A DNA stretch of 48,240 bases, the filler included, from Circinaria calcarea (Eukaryota), in the NCBI GenBank assembly GCA_051942165.1. It is 2 parts of 2 records of this genome, joined end to end, with 100 filler letters (N's around TTAATTAATTAA, not from the genome) between each part and the next. Parts side by side here need not be neighbours in the genome. Positions count along the whole stretch, not along the records: positions 1 to 24,142 come from JAVECS010000112.1; 1 more part is not named here. The stretch is one strand, 5' to 3'. The position numbers and the translations under genes are program-made. Numbering within the stretch: position 1 is the stretch's first letter; each line of letters opens with the position of its first letter. The notes below the pieces were generated by a model that made no database searches, was not told the DNA's origin, and saw only the letters and a list, made by a program, of their open reading frames with translations. Positions 13,243 through 24,242 of this stretch are shown piece after piece.

Positions 13243-15070
13243 ATGTCTTTTGGGTTCTCTGTTGGCGACTTTGTGAGTGCCATTCGTGTTGTCCACTCAC
13301 TATATCGAGTCTTGTCCGAAAGTACAGGCTCGAGTATTGAGTACCAACAAATAATCTTCGAATTGGACTGCACACACCGAATCTTTATTCAACTCCATGA
13401 CTTATGTGCGACCAATCAATTATCCCAAGCATGCATCAATGGCATTGGAGTCATTGTGACTTCTTCCGTGAAGCTGATAGAGCCGTTCCTACGGCGCATC
13501 GAGAAGTATCGAAGTAGTCTGTCAGCTAGGCGGACATCAAGTCAAGCTAGAGTAGTCTGGAGGAAAATCGGATGGAGTATACACAAGCCTGGCGAACTTG
13601 TGGCACTTAAGGATAGCCTGAGATCCAACCAAATTAACATCATGCTGCTGGTGGTAACGGCTACGCAGTGAGTGGGACTACCATGGCTTCGGTTCAAAAA
13701 AGCAGATGCTAACAAACCTCGTTGATACTAGCCACGAGCTTACAGTCGACCGTTTTGGGTATGGTCAGGCTATCATGAAGAAGCGCTCTAAAATGGACGA
13801 CTTCGCTAATGTAAAGATTTTCCACACGATTACCTCTCCACCTCCGGATAAGCAACAATTAGACCCAAGTAAATGTTCCCCTCTTTCCGTTGTTATACAA
13901 CTCATGCTTACTTTACTAGCATACACTGTCTGCAAGTACCCGGAGACATTCTTTCTCGTTGGCCAGGTGTTTGCAATCATTGATGATTGGGACCTGTTTC
14001 ATTCAAAAAGAGGAACCATATACCCCCTCCCCATAGCACATAGCGAAATGGAATATAGCCGCTACGCCGGCTTAAGTATAATACGTCGATACGTTGTGGT
14101 ACAGGAAGGTATGCACGGAGCGTTATGCATGTAAGCTGTGTTCCTTGGAGAGTATCTGTACGCCTCTATGGTACTTTTACTAATTCTCTGAAGAGGAATT
14201 CACACCTACAGTAATCAAGGCTGCATCTTTGAACCCGATCAAGATCTCCATGCTATCATTCATACCAGCTCGGAGTCGCCTCCAACTGTAACTCGGGTAA
14301 ATGCGGTCTACAACTCGAATGCTCCTTACAGAGGAAAGATTGCCAAACTTAATGAGAGCGGCATGGTAAAAAACCCTGTCCGGATGACGGTGGATCACGT
14401 TTCCCTTGCTTTGCATCCTGCCTCAAGACTTCATTTCGGTCGTGTGTATCACATCGAGCACGACGTGCGAGTGAAGAGCCTTGGTGTCATCCACGTCGAC
14501 TCTATAGGTGACTTCATCGAGTATTATAAGTCGGCCCAGGAAGATGTACAAGCTATTTTCAAAGTGGGGAGAGCTGTACAGAAGGCTGCAAATAAGTTGA
14601 TCAGTGGCTCCTCCATTTCGGGACGTCTAAGTGAGCAAAAACAACCTTCGGGACAACTAAGCGAAAACAAAACACGAAATCAAGCCAAGGCAATGGCAGA
14701 ATTGAAGGCACTATGCGAAACTAATGACGCGGAGCTCTTCGTCATAGCAACACACGATTCAGATAGCCACCGTCTGAACGGTCTTGACGAACATCCTAGT
14801 TGTCTTAGATTTAAGAAAGGGGACAGGATCAGAGTCCTCAACAATGTAACATCACCAAGTTATCCTACCACATTGGATGATGTCACTGCGTCAAATCAAT
14901 TTACCACATTAACCCAACGTACCACACTCGACTCCTCCGCTGCATCTCCTGAATCCGCAGTATCAGATGACCTCGCAACACTAGACGCCACGTGGTGGAT
15001 AGGAGAACTCAATGGCCGTCAGGGCGAGTTCCCATGGTGGTACTGTGAGCTAGAAGATCTCTCGACATGA
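13243..15070 (+). CDS. Multidomain protein: HeLo-like/STAND-N-terminal domain + DUF6590-like domain + C-terminal SH3
   Basis: Exon 1 MSFGFSVGDF...WRKIGWSI is typical of fungal STAND N-terminal helical domains. In-frame splices at 13668-13731, 13869-13919 and ~14131-14193 give LDPTYTV..FFLVGQVFAI..IRRYVVVQEG..ALCIGIHTYSNQG..HAIIH..LHPASRLHFGRVYHIEHDVRVKSLG (DUF6590-like), then LRFKKGDRIRVL...WWIGELNGRQGEFP..Y (SH3). Domain names come from recalled consensus, not a search. Confidence 0.75.
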
Positions 15071-16420
15071 TGCACAGTCAGCACTTGTCAACGAGAACCC
15101 GCAGTAGCCAGGGGAGCATCGGCAACGTTGGCGGCCAATTTTGTTTGAAGATGAATACCCATAACAGGGTCTAGGATCTCCAATTGATTAATCACAAGGA
15201 GTTAACCCAACCACCCAATATTACCATTAGCTTCCCTCCCGGCAGAAGAAAACCTACCACCAAGACCTTTACCAAGCTGCAAAAAGAGCGGATTTCTCCC
15301 TCCTAGCTTTGGAATCGAGACCCGCTGCGGCCAGAAAGCTATTGCCGTGAACCATCTGAGTGCGACGAGCTCCTTGTACCTGTGTAGATTTTCCTATTGT
15401 CTCCAGAACTGAATCCCAAACCCCTCCACCATCTCATATGTCATCTTGATTGGCAATATTCACCACAGGAGAGGTCCTCCGGAGAATCACGATTCCCCCT
15501 TTTTAGAACCCTGAAAGAAGACTACGATACGGGTTTTTCGGATATAACACCGCTCAGTTGCGGTCGACGGTTCGAATTAGCTGTTGGAAGTGGGGAGGGA
15601 GTGTGATGTGCTTGTATCGGGGAGCTGGGAGCTGGGAGCTGGGAGTTTGGGGTATTAAGGGTAGGGTTGGAAAGTTTGCGCGTACGGGTCCATGCATGAT
15701 TCGGATACTTCGGGTACAGAATGGGAGTTTACAGTTAAGGAAGCAAGGGCAAGGTGTGCTGACTAGAGTGATCTACGAATCCTCAAAAGCACCCTATTCC
15801 CGTTCCCAGAAATCCCAATCTCAATCATTATCGTTATCATTCCAGAGGAAAACTAAACTTTGAGACTTTCTGATACGTAATTTAATTCCGGTTGATAAAA
15901 TATATATAAATTCTCCGAACTAAGAGTTCCACGTGGCGTCCGCTTGACTTAGGCGACGCCGCTTCTACTCCCGCGTTTAGGATTATTCATCGTTCTGCTC
16001 CTTCACGCTTCCCTCTAGCTCCGTGCCACTCCGCCCTCAGCTCACTTTTGCTATTATTTTTTAACATTTTCAACTAATTGCTTAAAGACGAACTTGTATG
16101 CCGTATAGTAATAAGGTAGCCGATTTGTAAAACCGCGTTGAAGGTTTCCTCCATATACTAGGGAGGTATAAGGCTTCTGAGATACGGACTCATAATAAGG
16201 ATTTAACGGGCACGTTACCAGGCTAGCAGGTGAAACTAGAATACTATTTAAAGTTGAAGATAAAGTCTGAAAACCTATGGAAGTGACTGTAGCGATCATA
16301 GGGGGGCCTCCATCTTGGGTTACTCCGAGTGCCTGATTCGAGTGCTTCATCCGCCGAGACTGCGGATCTCCTAATATCATCCAATGGTTCCTTCAATAAG
16401 AAAGCTCTGATACAAGGAGT

Positions 16421-18444
16421 CTAAACCACAGAATTGAATGTGGTATTGTCTCCCCTTGGCTTTCCTGTCCGTTTCACCCACCGGTACAGACCATACCCAG
16501 CTGCGAATGTGGTCAATGTTAATGGTATGCTGATGGCACTGTATAATTGTAAGGCTCCTATGGAGACAGTTTTCGTGGTAATTCCCGTACTAGCATCTAT
16601 TGCAAACCTAATGATATCTGTGCTCATGAGAGTCTATTGTGATTATTAAGTTGGTTCGCAACCCACGGTTCGGGGGACTCACTGATATAAAAGTTCCCGG
16701 TAGGAAGAATAATGTAACGAGAGTGATGATTTTCATTGATATAGTTTCCTGCTTGGTTTTCTGTGCAATGGTGTGCATTTCCTTGGTCAAATTCTGCATA
16801 TCTTCAGTCATGGTCTCTATGTTGTCAGCCGACTGCTGGGACTTTTCTGCTAGCTCCTTATTCGCTTCTGTGTTTCGATGTTGCAAGATTCCATGAAGCT
16901 GTACTTGTCAATATTTTTGAACTTTATACCAATTCGCTGCAAACGTACCAACGCGTTGCGGTCAGCTATTAGACTCAGCAAGGTCTCCAATCTCCACTGC
17001 TGCATTCGCATGTCATTTCCCACACTTGTTACGCGTATCCCGAATCGAGCAACATCCTTCTGGCACTGTGTTCGTATTCTGTCCGGACAGGATTCAGACC
17101 TAATGATAGATAGATAATGATGTCTCAACTCTGAAAGAACGCTCATGTTGACCTTCAGCACTAAAACAGTTTTCTCTGCTTTTTCCTTGATGAATTGCAT
17201 TCTCTGCAAGTCACTGAACACAATGTCGTGTTGGCGATCCTGCTGTGGTGGAGGCTCAGATTGTTCGTGCGGTTCTGGTAGCCCGGAGGCAAAAGATGGC
17301 AGTGGTGATAGAGGTATGGGTATTCCAGACCTTTGAAATGATGGGTTTATCGACTTTGAACCGAAAGACAAGCGCGTCTTATCCGACAGGACAGATTTGT
17401 CCGTAAGCTTCCGTGATAGCGGTCTGAACGTAGGACTGGGTAAATGATCCACCGGTACTGCCAATATACGTCGAGATATATTTTGAAACGCTTCTTCTAG
17501 ATAATTTATGTACCATCTCCAATTTTCACCAGACCAATCGCAGAAAATCGAATGCGTAATAAGTGTTGATGCAAAAGCGCTATCACTTGTTTCAAAAGAA
17601 GTCACACCTGTCTGCGTATCGGAGCTTGATGCTGAGATTATTCTGTTTTTCATCGTTTGAGCACCTTTAATCACTATCCATGTTGCTCGAGACGTTTCTA
17701 CGTCGAAAGAGTGATAGATGGATGTTCGACGTATTGACCACGGCCAATTTTGTTGTCTTTTCGATTGCTCTGCCGATTTTAGGCTGTAGCAGAGCCGGAA
17801 ATCTCGACCTGATCTTCCTATCTGTGGGACGTTTAATCCTCTATCTGCCTCAGCAAGGCGATTTTCGTGACGAAAGCCCCCGAAATGAAAGTCTTCCTCG
17901 TGCTGCTGCTTCCCGAATGGAAATAGAAAATCTAGAAATGAAGGCATTACTTGGTGATAAGTAAATATAAGCATGAGCATTGCTCTAGTGGTGCGTAGTC
18001 TCTCTCGGGAATGAGGCGCGTGAACAAACCTGGGAGAAGTTACCAATTATTGTTGAGCAGTTTTTATAGAATTATATCGCTTACACAAATCTACACCACG
18101 GATCATGGTGCGCCGATAAACTTTCGATCCGAAGCAGTCGGTCAAGCTCATCTCCATTTGTTACACAGTGGTGCTGAAAGCCTGCTTACTGTTAAATGAT
18201 TCGCTCAAGTTCAGGTTAACGCTACCAGTAGATGGCTGAAGGAAATCTCCGTAAACGCACAATGCCCTTTGTAAGCGAAATCCCAGAAATCCAAAGAAAG
18301 CTGATCTTTCTCGAAAAAGAGACGAGTTTCCTGGTTGTCCAGCCGTTCGAAATAGGCGGTGAGGCTGTAATCATAGGTGTTGTGGTATACGAGGTTTCGG
18401 GGATATTTTGCAGCCTCTCCGCAGGATCTGAGGAGTTTGTCCAT
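16421..18444 (-). CDS. Fungal CorA-like membrane protein (non-canonical, 2 C-terminal TM helices), ~5 exons
   Basis: Spliced DPWCRFVFVHAPHSRERL..LIFTYHQVMPSFLDFLFPFG..WSIRRTSIYHSFD..ATWIVIKG, a long helical stalk, then ETISMKIITLVTLFFLPGTFISTLMSTDII and a second TM (LYSAISIPLTLTTFAAGYGLY). Confidence 0.85.
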
Positions 18445-18797
18445 CACTATAGTAAACGTAACCGATCACGTATTGTTTAAAGCTATAGGAACTTCTTTCA
18501 GTCTTATTATATTCTGTCCAACTAAGCAGAAGGTTATTCAGGCGATTGCCCGACTTTTATATGACGACGCACCATTTACTAAAGTAAAGCTTACGTTATC
18601 GCCTCAAAACTGGGAATTATTCCTCCAATAGTGTACACATCATTACATAAGGTAGTTTATCCGGCCTAAGGCAGGGTTGGCCACGGCAGGCCCCAAGGAC
18701 TACACACACCATAATCTCGGGGTGGTGGCACTGCCTCAAGACTTCGATGGGCCCTCACACAAAACCGCCAACCTGCATCATTTGGCGAAGCCCGGCA

Positions 18798-19102
18798 CTA
18801 ATCATCCCCCCATCGCAACTCGAATATCTCTTGCCGCTCATCCTGCTTATTGGTTAGTTTACTCCCTTATGAATCAGTAACTTAAACTTACTTCAGTTAA
18901 TTTTCTTGGGATCCGGAATTGATAGTTATCATTAAAATGCTGTAGAAGAGCAGCCTATCGTTAAACCAACCGATGGCAAGAACTCTACAGAGAAAAGTAC
19001 CGTGATCGAGAAGTTCCAATTGCCAAATCTCTTCTTTAGATAATCGTCGACAGCCTCTTGGCTTAAGCGATACGACTCAATGTGATCCCGCAGCCAAGGC
19101 AT
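18798..19102 (-). CDS. 64-aa microprotein of unknown function (3 exons)
   Basis: Exons 19102-19001, 18939-18892 and 18842-18798. Introns GTACTT..CAG (61 nt) and GTAAGT..CTAAC..CAG (49 nt), both phase 0; start context ACAACAATG. Product: MPWLRDHIESYRLSQEAVDDYLKKRFGNWNFSITHFNDNYQFRIPRKLTEDERQEIFELRWGDD*. Confidence 0.8.
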
Positions 19103-20138
19103 TGTTGTAGATTCGAGAGCAACAGGAATGCTTTCCCTCTCGTTTGGCGACCTAACCAAGTTGGGTGACGGAGGGCGCAAGTAGCAAACGTCAAGAGAGG
19201 TGACGGGGAAATGGCCTGAGGTCGGTGAATATTTAATAGCATTAAGCAAGGCGGACAGGCAAGGCATGGCTTTAAGGCACTTTGCTGGCATATTTCAGCC
19301 GCAAAGGAGTTTTCCCACTACTATTAATGGCGCATATGGATTTGATTTATCCACGCTAAGCTCCTGCACGCTCTGCCACGATTTGATGCATGTCATTGCA
19401 CTTCCCTGCACATTGCATGCATATTGTTCGAGATTCTCATTGACTCAACAGGTAGAGTTGCCTGGCGCGTTATACAGGTGGGTCCGGCCTGGGTATTTAA
19501 ATCGTGACAGCAGTCGGCTTCGGAATTGGCCTCAGGTCTTTGCAAGCAGCGCAGCAGCTCTTTGTTCGCGTATCTGCCATATTTCCTTAATGCCACTTAA
19601 AGTCTTAGATATGTCTGCCCTAGGGCGCCTTTGCTGATCTTTATACTTGGCTTAGCCATAAGGTTTTGCTCTACACGAAGCTGGTTTCCCTTTGAAGACT
19701 AGTGATGAGTGGCTCCGATATGGTGAGTTTTATGCTGGAGATCGCCGTTGAGCCCCAGACAGGATATCAGGCTGGAGTCCGTGGGCTGAGTTTGCTTTTT
19801 AGTGCCTTTCTGGTGTGACCAGGCACTTTATGATGGATGGTGTGGACGGATGGTGATTGGGTTGCGCTCAACGTGGGAGTGATCTGTGATACGTCAAGCA
19901 ATTCGCCAATCACCGTCTTCGATGTTAGTAACCCTGGTCTACGCCCCGCAGTTCGGTTCAATCGTATCGAAGCTATTGCTCTTGAACCTTCCCACGGATA
20001 CACTATCTATCACCCCACTGGACGAAGCCACAGGTCTTATATATTCCTGTTGCAGCGGGGCTCCCACAAAGCTAGCCTACTCCTTGCTTGTGTTTCCTTA
20101 GGCTGCCGGCTTACCGCACGAGTGCTGCGGATTCCGCG

Positions 20139-23035
20139 ATGGAGAGGTCACATACACAGCACGATCATTATACAATCATCCAAGAATTCATAGCCTGGAT
20201 CAACAAGAACAGCGTACCGGGAATCAGGGGCCTCCAGTCAGCAAATGAATGCTTGTTTGTACCGCTTCCAAGACTCGGGGCATATCTCGATAGCCGTCGA
20301 ATAACAGCACTTCTAAAAGTCTTGTTACCCAAGGAGATCTCTCTGCACTGGAAGACAGTTCGGGCAGAATACTCGAGAGTCTTTAGCATTCTTATTCTTA
20401 TTGGAAAGGGTAGTTACATCGAACACTTCACGCAACATGATAGCCTTTCTGATCAAAAGTTACCTTTCGAATCTAAACCTCGGATTTTCCCAACGTCAAC
20501 GGATGACCCGAGCTTCTTCTCTACTTTCTTCGAAAAACAATGGATGTTTTCTCCCCATGAATTTCAATACAATAAAATCGACTCGCGACTCGCGAACAAA
20601 TGCATTTTGCCAATTATCAAAAGAGAGAGACTCGCTGGCGGCGGAAGCGCAGAGATATATAAAATAACCGTACATGAAGCATATGATAAGCTGAATTCGT
20701 TCGATAGTAATATACACGTACGTAACTCGTCTGATTACTCTGCCATCTGGATTTCCATTTATCTGATGTGAATTAGAGTTTGAGCGATCCCGTCCACCAT
20801 ACCTACGCTCTGAAAACTTATCGCACGCAGGAAGCCGAGAAATACTACATGGCGGAAGTCGGAGCATTTAGAAAGCTCGTATCCTTCGGAAAACCATTGC
20901 CGACCTTAATAGGTTTCTACGGAAGTTACGTGCAGGACGGAACATACAACGTGATCTTGGAATACATTGATCAAGGTAATCTAGAACAATATTTCGAGAA
21001 CACAGCGCCACCTTCCAGCGGCAAAGATATCATTCATTTTTGGCGTGGATTGTTCGGTATTATACAGGCATTAGACAGGATACACGAGCTACCGCCAACT
21101 AAAACAGGAGGTTTGCACTTTCTACAAGGGTAAGATTTTGTCCCTGTACGAGGGACAAGCGGAGACACTTCTAATTATGGCAGATGGCATCAAGATGTTA
21201 AGCCTCCCAATATTCTTATTGGTAGTGGAGACAGCAAATCCCCGTACTGTTATCAGTTCAAGCTAGGAGATCTAGGATTAAGTCATTTCAAAGAAAATAC
21301 CAAGCCACGGAAAGAACTCGTTACTGACGCAGATTCCTATGGGACTCGAGCTTATGGTAAGATGTTCTTCCGATTAAATTAAGGTGTAATGCCCTTGACA
21401 ACTGTTATAGGAGCACCAGAGTGCTACAGGTGGGATTCTTACATCGAAAAGGCCCGACTTGACGTTTATCCAAGTGTTGATATATGGTCCCTTGGCTGTG
21501 TGTTCAGTGAAGCGGCTGTATGGGTGGTTTCCGGAATGGAAGGTCTCCAGAGATATCGCCTCCAGCGAGACGTAGAAACCAAATGCTTTGCAGACTTCAA
21601 AGATGGCAACTGCTTTCACAATGGTGAGGACACTCTCAAGGCTGTAGAGAGTATGCATGTAAGTCTCCGAGAAGATATCCGCCATTCAGATCATGTCACC
21701 AACGAGGTTTGGAACATAATGATTAAAGAGATGTTGGAATTTGAAGCGCATCACCGCCCCAACACAAAGCAACTGTTAAGGAAATCGAAACGCATCCTTG
21801 ATGAAGCAGAGAAAATGCTCAGTCCTGCAAACAGCTATCTACCTCTCAAGAATTTACGGAAAGGCGAGGCCAATCTTGATACCGAATCTACTCTCAATCG
21901 TAACAATTTGCTTATACTACGTCCACGTAGCCCTCCAGAGCCACCAACTACTCCTGAAGAAACTTTACCCCACACTCCCGAAGAAACCTTACCCCCCACT
22001 CCCCAGGACAGGGATTACGAACGATGGATTCCTGAGAGTCACATTCAAGGATCCCACCAACCAGTTCTAAACCAGCCTCTTGGAGCGATGACCTACGACA
22101 GAATAATAAGGGTAAATAGACCTTCAAACAAGCCACCACTACCATTTCTGTCGGTTACTAGCGCACGGCAAGAGATAGCTAAGAACGGGAAATGGGGCCT
22201 AAAAATAATGCTTGCGCGCCTTGGCCTTGATGTGCAGCTACGTTCTCGGGATCATGTACGTAAGTACTTATATATCTTGTACTTATATTAATTCAAGTAT
22301 TAGGCTTTCTTAGTTGATGACTCTGGATCCATGAAAAGTCATTGGGCAGACGTGCTGGAACTTTTTAAAATCATGGCGTATATTGTCAAGGACTTTGATA
22401 AGAATGGAATTGAATTGCAATTTTTCAAATCCCCTAACCATTATCAGGAAAAGAACACAACTCCCCTCCTTACAAGCTTGAGATACAGAACCCTTGAAGG
22501 CTACTCCGACGTTAAACCACCTCTTAATTCCATCCTTTACGATTATCAAAAGAAGCTCAATTCAAAGCCTTTACTCGGTATAAAATATCTATCAAAGCCC
22601 GTACGGCCTTTGAACCTATATATCTTCACCGATGGAGCATGGCTGGACGACGAAGATATAGAGAGGCCAATCAAAAATCTTGTAGGAGAGGTGGAAAAGC
22701 TGAAGTTTCCAGGAGACCAGATCGGAATTCAATTCATCCGCTTCGGTAACGACAGGGATGGCGAAAGGCGGCTCAAATTTCTGGACTCGGGATTGCATCT
22801 ATCCCTGTTCGTATTGCATTACCCGCAATCTAGGAAGCTTGAGCATTTATAACTAACGTTTGACATCAGGGATATTGTTGATACCGAACCTTCGAATGGA
22901 AACGTGTGGAAAATGCTTCTCGGCGCAGTCAGCAAAAGGTTTGACGATGATAAAAGCCCACGCATTAACGGCGCAACACATTCCCCCAACCTCCAACCAC
23001 GAGAAATGCATACCGGGTTTGATCGGTACCTATAA
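20139..23035 (+). CDS. Ser/Thr protein kinase with C-terminal von Willebrand factor A domain, ~6 exons
   Basis: Kinase motifs LAGGGSAEIYK, YALKTY, EVGAF, WHQDVKPPNILI, FKLGDLGLSHF, YGTRAYGAPE, DIWSLGCVFSE. vWA part: AFLVDDSGSM (MIDAS DxSxS), YIFTDGAW, IGIQFIRFGND, DIVDTEPSNGNVWKMLLG; stop TAA at 23033-23035. Confidence 0.9.
21950..22003 (+). repeat. 24-nt coding tandem repeat (TPEETLPH-TPEETLPP-TP) in the kinase-vWA linker
   Basis: actcctgaagaaactttaccccac / actcccgaagaaaccttacccccc / actccc. Confidence 0.9.
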
Positions 23036-23296
23036 AGGGCCTGTAATCGCTCTCTACTTCTTGTGAGCCCCACTGGAAACCACGAATACTAGTATTTCCA
23101 TCCTGGTTTACGCTCCCAGGACATAACTGTTTCTCGACATACCCAAACACTTTTCATGCGCTGGTGCCCAACGTTATAGGGGAGGCTATCCATGTCCCGC
23201 GCCCGTCCGGCAAGTTATTTGAGCATAGGGTACACGAAACCTTTTTAATACCTTCTTAGTGATTAAATGGAAGGGGTTTACTTCGGCGCGAGATTG

Positions 23297-23378
23297 CCCT
23301 GAAACGAAGGAGGAACGACGAAATAAAAGGGGTTTTATTTCGGCGCAAGACTTTTTGATCTAAAATAAAGTTTTATTA
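23297..23378 (+). repeat. Left copy of an ~80-bp inverted repeat (possible transposon terminus)
   Basis: ccctgaaacgaag..ggaac..aaata..ttcggcgcaagacttt matches the reverse complement of 24428-24505. A partial extra copy (ggggtttacttcggcgcgaga) lies just upstream at ~23273-23293. Confidence 0.65.
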
Positions 23379-24142
23379 TCTCATGCCCCTTTCAACCCCT
23401 CCAACTCCTCTTCCACCCCTCTATCTTAAGCACCGTGGCCTCCGATTGCTGCCCGACTTCTTTTTGCCTCCCTCCTTCCACTTCCGGCGCCGATTGGCCA
23501 TCCCCGAGCTTTCTAAATCCTCCTTTCTCCGGCGTTGGTCATGTCATTCCCATTACGAACGGGCATGTATTGCAAGGCCCCCGATCCATTGCGGAGGTCA
23601 ATTGGCATAAGAAAAAGCTCTAGAACGATGTAGGTATTGCCTGGAGGAATGTTGAGCACAAAGAGAAGGGAATAGCTTTAGGCTATGATTACAAGAAGTG
23701 GGCCCGGCAATTACTGTGGCTTGGCTATGTGGTTAAGGCCTGTTCTATTCGTTGGGCTATAGCACTCGGCAGTTTAAAAATGGGACAACAAGGTGTTGGG
23801 CAAGAGGGGTAATGGGAGTAAGATGTGGGTGTGGAGGTGGGTTGGGAGTAAGAGGGCCTACTAAGGTGGGGGGTATAGCGGTAAGATGGAGGGTGGGAAG
23901 AGCATGGCAGTAAGATAAAGGGGTATGTATGGGAGTAACGAATGGCATGTTCGGGAGGTATGGCAGTAATTCGCCGAACAAACTACTTAGCAGGTGGCAC
24001 CCAGCAATGCAGTAGTCTGCTAATATATCGCTTGCGGAAGAGCACATGGGAATTCAAAGCAGTCTGAGAGATTTTCGTCCTGGCCGTACGTGAGAATCAG
24101 CCGTGGGTGTCTCTGGAGCGAGAAACTTCGGGATACACGACC

Positions 24143-24242
24143 NNNNNNNNNNNNNNNNNNNNNNNNNNNNNNNNNNNNNNNNNNNNTTAATTAATTAANN
24201 NNNNNNNNNNNNNNNNNNNNNNNNNNNNNNNNNNNNNNNNNN
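24143..24242. other. Assembly gap with artificial linker
   Basis: Exactly 44 N + TTAATTAATTAA (stops in all six frames) + 44 N = 100 bp. Confidence 0.97.

Noticed and set aside
15900..16380. 108-aa minus ORF followed by several in-frame stops, possibly a RIP-mutated pseudogene
   Set aside because: Any stop codon can be explained by C>T, and no homologous family is recognisable; evidence too weak.
18932..19291. 119-aa ORF as listed in the ORF track
   Set aside because: Only residues from MPWLRD to FSIT are likely coding; the rest is upstream sequence and intron read-through.
23435..23812. Nearly open plus-strand frame with one internal TAG
   Set aside because: No transposase or other motif recognised; could be chance or unidentifiable decay.
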